Below, one piece after another: positions 18,001 to 25,782 of a stretch of 64,000 nt of DNA (its first letter is position 1; each line of letters opens with the position of its first letter). A program made the translations under genes and the position numbers. The stretch comes from Chitinophagales bacterium (GTDB lineage Bacteria; Bacteroidota; Bacteroidia; Chitinophagales; JANQFB01): NCBI GenBank assembly GCA_028278085.1, contig JANQFB010000055.1, forward strand, positions 3,806-67,805, read 5' to 3'. The notes under the pieces are model-generated. The model was not told where the DNA came from, did not search any database, and saw nothing but the letters and a program-made list of their open reading frames with translations.

Positions 18001-20317
18001 CGACCAGGGGCATACCCGGAAATTGATCACCCAAAGAGGGGCCGATGGATTATTTATGTTTGAAAATCTCCCGGTCCAGCAAGCCGGTATTGCCTTGCTC
18101 GATATTTCAGATACGGAATTGGCCATTGACGAAGGAAATATGGGCATATTCGGTAAGCTTGGCGGTGAAGATCCGGATGCCGGGAAAAATGTCAAAATGA
18201 GCCTCTTGGATGAAATGGGGAATGTTGTCGCTACCACAACCACCGACGAAGACGGGGTTTTTACTTTCGAAAACTTACCCACTAATAAAAATTTCAGGAT
18301 CAGGATAGATGATGCCACGGACGAGGGCTTACTGGTAGATATGTTCATGCAGGATGATAAAGGGAATGCCCGCCGGTTGGCGACGCAAAGAGATGCCGGA
18401 GGATTATACATTTTCGAAAGTCTTCCGTCGGAAAAGTCTTTGCTGGAAATGATGGGGGTTAGGGATACCGATCTCGATATCGAAGAAGGAAATATCGGGC
18501 TCATGGGTAATATCAGCAACCTCGAAAAGCTGCCGAGGGAAGGGATCAGGATCATGCTGCTGGATGAAAACGATAATGTGGTGGCCACGGCCATGACCGA
18601 TGAAAAGGGGAATTTTACCTTTGAAAACCTGCCCGGCGACCTTAATTACCGGATCAAGGTCGATGATGATTCCGATGCCGCATTATTAGCGGAGATCCTG
18701 ATGGCAGATGACAAGGGAAATATCAAACGGCTCGTTAAGCGACAAACAGAAACCGGGCTTTTCGAATTCGAGAATCTGCCGGCCACAAAATCCATGTTGA
18801 GTTTCCTGGGTGTGGAAGATACCGAGCTTAGCATCGATGAAGGGCAAATGGGCTTGATCGGGAAGCTGGAGAATTCGGACAACCTGCCGCGCGAAGGGGT
18901 TAAAATGATGTTGCTGGATGAAAATGACAATGTTATCGGAACAGCCATGACCGATGATCAGGGGATCTTTACATTCGAGAACCTGCCGGCGGATCTCAAT
19001 TACCGGATCAAGATCGATGACGACAGTGATGAAGGAGCCCTGGTCGAAATGTTCATGGAAGATGACCGCGGCAATGTTAAACGTTTGATCAAAAAAGAAG
19101 CAGACCAGGGGCTGTTTGAATTTGAAAACCTGCCGGCCAGCAAGAGCATGATAGGCCTGTTGGGAGTTTCCGATACCGAACTCGATATCGATGCCGGCCA
19201 AATGGGCTTGATCGGAAAGATCGAAGATCCGCAAAACCTGCCGCGGGAAGGTGTCAAAATGATGCTGTTGGACGAAAATGATAATGTTGTCGGAACAGCC
19301 ATGACCGATGACCAGGGGATCTTCAAATTCGAGAACCTTCCCGTCGATCCGAATTACCGAATAAAGATCGCCGATGAGGCGGACCAGGGGCTGTTAATGG
19401 AATTGTTTATGGAAGACGACCAGGGTAAAACCGCCTATGTGGAACAATCCAAAACCGGTAACGGTACCTTCGCCCTGGAAAACCTGCCGACCTCCGGAGG
19501 CGGCCTGAGCGAAGCCGAATTAACGGATACCAAGCTTCAAATGCCGGAAGATGGCGACATGTACGTTTTCGACAATATTTATTATCCGTACGAAAGCAAG
19601 GTTTTTCATGATGATGCGATCAAAACCCTGCAAAAGGTGGTGAAGGTGATGAAAGAAAACCCGGAGTTGCGAATAGAGGTGGCCTCTCATACCGATAGTA
19701 AGGGTGAGGCGGCTTATAACTTAAAACTGTCGAAAAAAAGAACGGAAAGCGTGGCACGCTATCTTGTTCAAAATGGCATTAAACGTAAGCGGGTGATCAG
19801 CAAATGGTTCGGAGAAACCCAGTTGGCCGAAAAAGATATGACTGCCGATGGCAAAGAGATCCTCGAAGCCATGCAAAAAAACAGGCGCACCACCCTGAAA
19901 GCCTTCGACTTCCATAGCGCCTTTTCGGCGGAAGGCGGTAAAAGCGTGGTAAAAAGCGGAAAGCAATGGAAATTTGAGAATATTTATTACGAATTTGAAA
20001 GCAACAGATTTACCCAGTCCGCTAAAGACCAGCTCAGGGATATTGCCGCTACCCTTAAAAACAATCCGGAATTGCGGTTGGAAGTGGCTTCGCATACCGA
20101 CAGCAAAGGACCGGAAGATTATAATCTGAATTTGTCCAAAAAAAGGTCGGAAAATGTTGTCCGCTACCTGGTCAGGCAGGGAGTGAAAAAAAACAGGGTC
20201 GTAACGAAATGGTATGGCGAAAGCCAGCTATTGATAAAAGATATAACCGATAGTGGCCTGGAGATACCGGAAGCTATGAAAAAAAACAGGCGGACGAGCT
20301 TTACAATTTTGCGATAA
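15065..20317 (+). CDS. Giant PorE-like protein: TPR + TolB-like beta-propeller + 9 CRD-like repeats + 2 OmpA C-terminal domains
   Basis: TPR-like helices lie at aa 30-150. PD40-like motifs include 'GPATFTRDGKTIYFTRN', 'ISADGQFLYFMSDMPGSKGGSDIYVS' and 'HPDGTLYFSSDAHEGMGGLDIHIA'. Nine 118-aa units follow. Two OmpA-like domains are present ('ASHTDSKG...LSKKR...NRRT' occurs twice). Confidence 0.85.
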   Translation: MKGISTLLQGLKYCLAFLLFISLAGKVFGQDKDIALGEAYYENVSYAKAIEHFLMALEKEENQEDAELMAKLADCYRLTGNTKEAASWYLQSVDSGKVAASTSLHLGQVLMMEGQYEEAKKWFLEYAKQRPGDPRGKVLANSCSNIGQYKSAQRNYSVSSLPLSSDLTAFSPAFYGEDLVFVTERQDFGIRRNNTWTGGGMLDLYVIRKNNNGDWQEPKLFSARLKSSLNEGPATFTRDGKTIYFTRNHKSSSGEKVKKLQILSATRKGGGWSQPKPLSINSKGYNVAHPSISADGQFLYFMSDMPGSKGGSDIYVSRKSGDSWGAPQNLGSEINTKGNEAFPFIHPDGTLYFSSDAHEGMGGLDIHIARNNNGKWTRIKNMGFPVNSAKDDFGIIVDKDYHNGYFSSNRSDGTDNLYKIRILQKDDIMAIQPEGLAISGKLTDDSESAVEGINVTLFNEDKTAISSLKTLKDGTFRFEMLTPDQQYMIKVDEPEDTELYIEMDLSDNSGTLESIERTKVKDHYFKFEKLPAMQEMIRLLGVEDTELEIDEGKLGFIGKVTDQDQQPQTGVSMILYDENRKVISRTKTDDKGIFRFENLPADVNYMFQIDDENDAGFLVDMFMQDDKGGLLKMITRRSKDGMFLFENLPASSALLSMMEVEDTELSVDDGELAIFGKIADGSQLPQGGVSLSLYDENRKVIQRTQTDDKGIFKFENLPSDKNYRIKIDEADDSGFLVDMFMRDDQGNTIKLIKSKDAEGMFAFENLPAALTDMALMAVEDTDLFIDEGNIGLKGMVTDPSKNPQEGVNMVLLDENRKVISRTKTNDKGQFIFENLPSDMNYMIMVDEENDAGFLVDMFMEDDKGNTTRLRKRKNADGLYIFENLPAASAMLSMLGVEDTELKADEGNFGIFGKVGDENSPVREGVKMALTDENGNIIARTTTDSKGIFKFENLPSDKNYRIKIDEADDQGFLVDMFMADDQGHTRKLITQRGADGLFMFENLPVQQAGIALLDISDTELAIDEGNMGIFGKLGGEDPDAGKNVKMSLLDEMGNVVATTTTDEDGVFTFENLPTNKNFRIRIDDATDEGLLVDMFMQDDKGNARRLATQRDAGGLYIFESLPSEKSLLEMMGVRDTDLDIEEGNIGLMGNISNLEKLPREGIRIMLLDENDNVVATAMTDEKGNFTFENLPGDLNYRIKVDDDSDAALLAEILMADDKGNIKRLVKRQTETGLFEFENLPATKSMLSFLGVEDTELSIDEGQMGLIGKLENSDNLPREGVKMMLLDENDNVIGTAMTDDQGIFTFENLPADLNYRIKIDDDSDEGALVEMFMEDDRGNVKRLIKKEADQGLFEFENLPASKSMIGLLGVSDTELDIDAGQMGLIGKIEDPQNLPREGVKMMLLDENDNVVGTAMTDDQGIFKFENLPVDPNYRIKIADEADQGLLMELFMEDDQGKTAYVEQSKTGNGTFALENLPTSGGGLSEAELTDTKLQMPEDGDMYVFDNIYYPYESKVFHDDAIKTLQKVVKVMKENPELRIEVASHTDSKGEAAYNLKLSKKRTESVARYLVQNGIKRKRVISKWFGETQLAEKDMTADGKEILEAMQKNRRTTLKAFDFHSAFSAEGGKSVVKSGKQWKFENIYYEFESNRFTQSAKDQLRDIAATLKNNPELRLEVASHTDSKGPEDYNLNLSKKRSENVVRYLVRQGVKKNRVVTKWYGESQLLIKDITDSGLEIPEAMKKNRRTSFTILR
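16382..19567 (+). repeat. Nine tandem coding repeats, each exactly 354 nt (118 aa)
   Basis: Units start with Gly codons at 16382, 16736, 17090, 17444, 17798, 18152, 18506, 18860 and 19214, all exactly 354 nt apart. Each unit carries two 'FxFENLP' motifs. Confidence 0.9.
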
Positions 20318-20338
20318 TTTAACTTTATTTATAATAAA

Positions 20339-20346
20339 TAATTTTG
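20339..20346 (+). promoter_or_regulatory. Candidate Bacteroidota -7 promoter box (TAnnTTTG)
   Basis: 'TAATTTTG' lies in the AT-rich gap upstream of the YfiR-like gene. The call rests on a motif match only. Confidence 0.3.
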
Positions 20347-20377
20347 CTTTTTTTTGTAAATTAGTTGAAAATTTGGC

Positions 20378-20968
20378 TTGCTAAATACATCGTTAACAAA
20401 TATGATATTGAATTTCTTAAAAAGATTTAATGGATTATACAGGTCAGCAGGGCTTGCGGTTTTGTTGATTGCGGGTGGGCTGTTGTGTTCCTTTCATCCC
20501 CAATCTATCGATGAAAAGAATACCAACACCAAGATCAAAGCCATATTCCTGTATAATTTCACTAAATATATCGAGTGGCCGTCCGATTATAAAAGCGGAA
20601 TGTTTAAGATCGGCATACTCGGCAGCACAGATATGATCCAGGAACTAGAGCAAATGGCAAGTAAAAAAAAGGTAGGGGCTCAACAAATTGTTATCTCAAA
20701 ATTCGCTTCTGTTGATGCCATTACCAAATGCCATATGATCTATATACCCCGCGAGAAAAGCGGGACACTGGCGGAAGTGGTCAAAAAAGTCGGTGGCAAC
20801 AGCACATTGATCATTACTGACAAAGAAGGCTCGGCCCGGAAAGGAGCAGCAATTAATTTCGTGGTCGAATCCAACAAACAACGCTTTGAATTAAATGTTT
20901 CCAATGCCTTAAAACACAATCTCAAGGTGAGCTCCAATTTATCCGGACTTGCTATTGTAGTTCAGTAA
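20378..20968 (+). CDS. YfiR-family (DUF4154) periplasmic protein
   Basis: Contains 'IKAIFLYNFTKYIEWPSD' and the C-terminal 'FELNVSNALKHNLKVSSNLSGLAIVV', both typical of DUF4154/YfiR. The track start is a TTG at 20378; the ATG at 20402 is an alternative. Confidence 0.7.
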   Translation: MLNTSLTNMILNFLKRFNGLYRSAGLAVLLIAGGLLCSFHPQSIDEKNTNTKIKAIFLYNFTKYIEWPSDYKSGMFKIGILGSTDMIQELEQMASKKKVGAQQIVISKFASVDAITKCHMIYIPREKSGTLAEVVKKVGGNSTLIITDKEGSARKGAAINFVVESNKQRFELNVSNALKHNLKVSSNLSGLAIVVQ

Positions 20969-20982
20969 AACTGAAAGTTATC

Positions 20983-21870
20983 ATGAAACGAGCACTTATT
21001 CTCATATTTATATCCATCGCAGCATTGGCATCGCATGCACAAAAGGATGTGGTGAATGATGCTATCCGGCATTTGAAGAACAAATCATTGGATAGTGCCA
21101 AACTGCTGATCGACCAGGCAGTAGCACACGAAACCACCAAAGATCTTGCCACGACATGGTATTACCGCGGATTCATTTATAAAGAATTATACAAAGAGCG
21201 GGAAAAAAACGACGCTTCCTCTCAATTTCGGATCACTTCTTTTGAATCTTTCAAACACTCCTGCGAACTGGATGCTACCAATGAATCTTTCGAAAACAAT
21301 AAAAGCAACCTGGATTATTTATCAAGGGTATTCTTCAACGATGCGGTCAAAACACTGAATACCGATCAATACCCGCTTTCACTCAAAAACTTCAAACATT
21401 TTAAAGAAACCTCGAAGATCATAGATCCAAATATCGACCTCACCCAAAAAACCATCGAGTACAAAATAGGTATCGCCACCGTATATATGCAGTTGTATGA
21501 ACAGGATATGGAAAAGAACAAAGGCTTCCTGGAAAAGACCAAGGAATCTTATGAGTTTGTGCTCGACATTGATCCGGATAACATCCGTGCCAATTATAAC
21601 ATGGGTGTGTTGTATTACAACCAGGCGGTGAACATCATCCATTCCCTGGAATACGATACCGATATGATCGCCTTGAGTGAAATTCAAAATGATTGCATCA
21701 AATTATTCAAAGAATCGCTTCCTTTTATGGAACTGGCTCATAAGCTCGATCCTAATAACATAAATACATTAAAGGGTTTATCCGGTATTTACTACAGCCT
21801 GAATGAGATTGACAAATCTAATGAGCTAAAAGCTGCAATAGAGGACCTGAAAAAGAAACAACAGGATTAA
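20983..21870 (+). CDS. Secreted TPR-like repeat protein
   Basis: Signal peptide 'LILIFISIAALASHAQ' followed by helical repeats, e.g. 'ANYNMGVLYYNQA' and 'LKGLSGIYYSLNE'. Confidence 0.55.
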   Translation: MKRALILIFISIAALASHAQKDVVNDAIRHLKNKSLDSAKLLIDQAVAHETTKDLATTWYYRGFIYKELYKEREKNDASSQFRITSFESFKHSCELDATNESFENNKSNLDYLSRVFFNDAVKTLNTDQYPLSLKNFKHFKETSKIIDPNIDLTQKTIEYKIGIATVYMQLYEQDMEKNKGFLEKTKESYEFVLDIDPDNIRANYNMGVLYYNQAVNIIHSLEYDTDMIALSEIQNDCIKLFKESLPFMELAHKLDPNNINTLKGLSGIYYSLNEIDKSNELKAAIEDLKKKQQD

Positions 21871-21924
21871 GGTTTTTTCATAAAATATCCTCTGGCCAGT
21901 AGAAAAGAAGGTTTCATATCAAGG

Positions 21925-24162
21925 ATGAATTTCACTATAGGTAAAAGAATCGGGGCTGGGTTTGCTATTCTCATCATACTCACCAGTGTCGTTTTTACCC
22001 TCACCAATTATACCCTTAATGAAAGTAAAGAAATAAATGATGCCATAACCACCATTTATAACCCTTCTATTACTGCCCTCGAAGACCTTAATATCGTTAT
22101 TGTACGGTCTAAAATGCTTATCAACAATTGGGTTTTCATTCAAAGCGGTGAAGACAACATCTACAAAACCCAACTGCGAAACCTCATAGGGGAGGAGTAC
22201 CCGGCAAAAAAAAAAAGAACGCTTGAGCTATCGGAAAATTGGCCGGAGCACCAGAAACTCCTGATCGATACCATCACTAACCGGATCGAAGAATTGTTCA
22301 GCTTACATGAGGAGATCATGATGCAGTTGAATTCTTTCGAAAGCTATGAAGATGCTATGGTGGTATTCATGATCAATCCCATGATCGAAGAAAACGGGGA
22401 AGTAGATGTCGCCACGAATGAGATCCTCAGCAAGCTCCAGTTCCTCATCAGCCGCCAAAAGGAAGAGAGTACCATGTTCACCACCCAAATGGTGGAATCG
22501 TTCAGTCTCCTCCAGTTAGTGGTACGCGGGTCGGGTATCTTGCTGGCGATCGGGGGTATCATCATTGCCCTGATCACCACACGGAGTATCGTCAACCCGG
22601 TCAATCAACTGAAAACCATTTTGCTGAAACTGGGTAAAGGCTTGTTCCCCCAGGAAAAGATCACCAAACGTTCCGACGAGATCGGCGAAATGTCGGAAGC
22701 GCTGGAAGACCTCGTAGCCGGGTTAAAACGAACCACCCAATTTTCCAACCAGGTCGGGGCCGGAGATTTCGAAGCGGAATTCGAACCCTTGAGCAGGGAA
22801 GATGTGCTTGGTCATGCTTTGTTAAAAATGCGGAATAACCTGAAAGACCTCACCTTCAAGCTCGAGCAGGATAAATTCAAGGTAAAACAGCATTCCATAG
22901 AGCTCAGGCAAAAAAACGATGAACTCGCCAAATTGTCTATTGTGGCCAGTGAAACCGATAATGCGGTAGTGATCGCTACCCCTGAAGGCCAGCTCGAGTG
23001 GGTCAATGCTGCTTTTGAGCGGATGTCAGGATTCACCCTGGATGAATTTATCGAGGAAAAAGGAAACAACATCATCGATACCAGTTCGACCGATAATATC
23101 GAAGCCCTGATCAAGGAAAGCATCGAGACGAAAAAATCAGTGGTTTTCGAGTCACTGAATTCCGCCAAAAACGGCCGGCAATTTTGGGTATCCTCTACCC
23201 TTACCCCGATTTTCGACGATACCAACAATATTAAGAAGCTCGTGATCATCGAGGCGGATATTACGGAACGGAAAACAGCGGAGGAGCTGATCCAGCGGAA
23301 AAATAAGGCTATTAAAGACAGTATCGTATACGCCAAAAGGATCCAGGAAGCTATTTTGCCCACCAAAGAGTTTATCAAGGAGGCGCTGCCCGACTCCTTC
23401 ATTCTTTTTAAGCCCAGGGATATTGTCAGCGGCGACTTTTATTGGTACAGCTCGTTAAAAGGAAAAAGTATTATTGCAGCGGTCGATTGTACCGGACACG
23501 GGGTTCCGGGAGCATTCATGAGCATGATCGGCAACTCCTTGTTGAATGAGATCGTTTATGAAAAAGGCCTGCTCAAACCTTCCGCTATCCTCGACAACAT
23601 GAAAACCGGTATTATCAAATCCCTGAAGCAAAAAGGAGAACGCGGGGAATCGAGGGATGGTATGGATATCGCCATTTGCGCCTTCGATCATAAAACGGGT
23701 ATGCTGGAGTATGCCGGCGCCTATAATCCCTTATATATCATCCGGGCCATCGATCCTGCCAACAAAAAGCCATTCAAAAGAACGGCATCATCGAAGGTAA
23801 TGGAGCCCGCAAAAATTGAAATGGATCCGGAAGCGACAAATGAAGAATTCAATTTGTATGAAATTAAGGCCGACAAACAGCCTATCGGTATCCACTACCG
23901 GAAATCCATCGAGCCTTTTACCAACCACAAAGTACAATTAGTCAAGGGAGATGCTTTTTACATCTTTAGCGATGGTTACCCCGACCAGTTTGGTGGTAAG
24001 CTGAACAAGCGTTTTATTACCAAACGCTTCAAAAAATTGCTCTTATCCATTCAACAGAACTCTATGGAAGAACAGGGAAAGATCCTCGAAAAGCACCACC
24101 TCGAATGGAAAGGGGGATTTGAGCAGAACGATGATATTGTGGTTATCGGGGTCAAATATTGA
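21925..24162 (+). CDS. Membrane sensor protein phosphatase: extracytoplasmic domain-HAMP-coiled coil-PAS-PP2C/SpoIIE
   Basis: Two TM segments flank a loop of about 170 aa. A HAMP-like region follows TM2 ('RSIVNPVNQLK...EIGEMSEALEDL'). A PAS-like region reads 'NAVVIATPEGQLEWVNAAFERMSGF'. SpoIIE motifs are 'SGDFYWYS' and 'VDCTGHGVPGAFMSMIG'. Confidence 0.8.
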   Translation: MNFTIGKRIGAGFAILIILTSVVFTLTNYTLNESKEINDAITTIYNPSITALEDLNIVIVRSKMLINNWVFIQSGEDNIYKTQLRNLIGEEYPAKKKRTLELSENWPEHQKLLIDTITNRIEELFSLHEEIMMQLNSFESYEDAMVVFMINPMIEENGEVDVATNEILSKLQFLISRQKEESTMFTTQMVESFSLLQLVVRGSGILLAIGGIIIALITTRSIVNPVNQLKTILLKLGKGLFPQEKITKRSDEIGEMSEALEDLVAGLKRTTQFSNQVGAGDFEAEFEPLSREDVLGHALLKMRNNLKDLTFKLEQDKFKVKQHSIELRQKNDELAKLSIVASETDNAVVIATPEGQLEWVNAAFERMSGFTLDEFIEEKGNNIIDTSSTDNIEALIKESIETKKSVVFESLNSAKNGRQFWVSSTLTPIFDDTNNIKKLVIIEADITERKTAEELIQRKNKAIKDSIVYAKRIQEAILPTKEFIKEALPDSFILFKPRDIVSGDFYWYSSLKGKSIIAAVDCTGHGVPGAFMSMIGNSLLNEIVYEKGLLKPSAILDNMKTGIIKSLKQKGERGESRDGMDIAICAFDHKTGMLEYAGAYNPLYIIRAIDPANKKPFKRTASSKVMEPAKIEMDPEATNEEFNLYEIKADKQPIGIHYRKSIEPFTNHKVQLVKGDAFYIFSDGYPDQFGGKLNKRFITKRFKKLLLSIQQNSMEEQGKILEKHHLEWKGGFEQNDDIVVIGVKY

Positions 24163-24185
24163 TCAACTTTTGAAAACTCTTATCC

Positions 24186-24758
24186 ATGACGGCAAATGCT
24201 CCGGAAAGATGCGGATGGGTCGGTAATGACCCGGATTACTTCAAATACCACGACCTGGAATGGGGCGTTCCTCAACATGATGACCGGAAATTGTTCGAGG
24301 CCATCGTTTTGGATGCTTTCCAGGCCGGTCTAAGCTGGATCACCATCCTGAAAAAAAGGGAGAATTTCCGGGAAGCCTTTGATAATTTCGACCCGCAGAC
24401 AGTAAGCCAATATTCCGAATCGAAGGTCCGGGAATTAATGCAAAACCCCGGGATCATCCGAAATAACCTGAAGATCCGGGCAGCCATCAGCAATGCAAAA
24501 GTATTTTTGGAAACGCAACGATCATTCGGAACTTTCGATCATTATATCTGGCAGTTTACCAACCACCAAACGATAGTCAATCACTGGAACTCGCTGGACC
24601 AGATCCCGGCCAAAACACCCGAATCCGACAGAATGAGCGCCGACCTGAAAAAACGGGGATTTAAATTCGTCGGTTCAACCATTTGCTATGCTTTTATGCA
24701 GGCCACAGGCATGGTCAACGATCACCTCGTTACCTGTTTCCGGTATAAGGAGGTTTGA
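24186..24758 (+). CDS. tag: DNA-3-methyladenine glycosylase I
   Basis: Contains 'RCGWVGNDPDYFKYHDLEWGVPQHDDRKLFE...LDAFQAGLSWITILKKRENFREAF', a strong Tag signature. Length 190 aa. Confidence 0.9.
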   Translation: MTANAPERCGWVGNDPDYFKYHDLEWGVPQHDDRKLFEAIVLDAFQAGLSWITILKKRENFREAFDNFDPQTVSQYSESKVRELMQNPGIIRNNLKIRAAISNAKVFLETQRSFGTFDHYIWQFTNHQTIVNHWNSLDQIPAKTPESDRMSADLKKRGFKFVGSTICYAFMQATGMVNDHLVTCFRYKEV

Positions 24759-25708
24759 CCATTCACCCTTATTCAAAACCTGTGAATCCAACGGGCCAGA
24801 TCTACCATCCCCACCAGATCCGTTTCAAGGCGGATGATCTGCTGTCCACTAAAAGTGCTACCAAAGTATTGTTGTGCTCACCGGAATATTTCGATGTCGT
24901 CGACCGGAAAAATATCCATATGTCCCCATCGGAAAGACCGGTGAATAAAGCCCTGGCTATCCGGCAATGGGAACAGCTAAGGGACCATTATCGCCATCTC
25001 ATGCAAACGGGCTTCCTCGAAGAGGTGGAGGTAATCCCGGGCATAAAAGGTTTGGAGGATATGGTCTTTTGTGCCAATCAATGCCTGCCCTGGATCACTC
25101 ATAATGGCCGCAAAAAACTGGTCATGAGTAATATGAACCATAAGTCCAGGCAAAGAGAGGTAGGATATTTCAAACAATTTTTCCAGGATAAAGGCTACGA
25201 GATCCTATACCTCCCACCGGACCTTACGTTCGAAGGCATGGGCGATGCCATCCCCCATCCGGAGAAAAACTTACTATGGGGGGGTTATGGTTTCCGGACA
25301 TCCTTAAACGCATATACATACATTGCTAAGGAGCTGGAGGTAGCGGTCATTCCGTTAAAACTTGTTCATTCATCCTTTTATCATTTGGATACCTGTTTTC
25401 TGCCCATAGACCCGGAAACGGTATTGCTTACGGAAGAAGCCTTCGATCCTCAAAGTCTGAAAGCTATCGCAGCGATTTTTCAAGAGGTGATCGCTATTCC
25501 AGCCGCGGAGGCCGGCACATACTTTAGCCTGAATGCCCATTGTATACCCGGCTTAAACGAGCAAAACAGGGTCTGCATCATCCAGGAAAACAGCCGGCAC
25601 ACCATTGAGATCCTGCAAAAACACGGCTACCGGATCATTACAACGGATACCGGTGAATTCATGAAATCCGGGGGGAGTGTGTTTTGCATGAAAATGATGT
25701 ATTTCTGA
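24755..25708 (+). CDS. Amidinotransferase / arginine-deiminase-related (guanidino-modifying enzyme fold) protein
   Basis: The C-terminal 'GGSVFCMKM' carries the nucleophilic Cys motif of this fold. 'FYHLDTCF' is also present. The TTG start overlaps the tag stop (TTGA). Confidence 0.6.
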   Translation: MTIHPYSKPVNPTGQIYHPHQIRFKADDLLSTKSATKVLLCSPEYFDVVDRKNIHMSPSERPVNKALAIRQWEQLRDHYRHLMQTGFLEEVEVIPGIKGLEDMVFCANQCLPWITHNGRKKLVMSNMNHKSRQREVGYFKQFFQDKGYEILYLPPDLTFEGMGDAIPHPEKNLLWGGYGFRTSLNAYTYIAKELEVAVIPLKLVHSSFYHLDTCFLPIDPETVLLTEEAFDPQSLKAIAAIFQEVIAIPAAEAGTYFSLNAHCIPGLNEQNRVCIIQENSRHTIEILQKHGYRIITTDTGEFMKSGGSVFCMKMMYF

Positions 25709-25782
25709 TTTTTGTAACGACCTACTTATGGGCTATGGTGTAGGCTACCATAAATTCATCAAGCGCTGCTCCATGGATCACC

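Noticed and set aside
17938-18594. A 218-aa minus-strand ORF, plus several others at 16598..19326, inside the giant PorE-like gene.
   Set aside because: They are antisense to a strongly supported repeat-containing CDS. Their translations are low-complexity Ser/Pro/Ile-rich mirror images of the repeats. They are shadow ORFs created by codon composition.
16382-19567. Regular 354-nt periodicity, considered as a possible CRISPR-like or satellite array.
   Set aside because: The period is a multiple of three and lies entirely inside one open reading frame. The units are diverged like protein domains, and there is no short-repeat/spacer structure. It is a coding tandem repeat.
22812-23402. A 196-aa minus-strand ORF within the HAMP-PAS-SpoIIE gene.
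   Set aside because: It is a shadow ORF in a lower-GC gene, and the sense frame has clear domain motifs.
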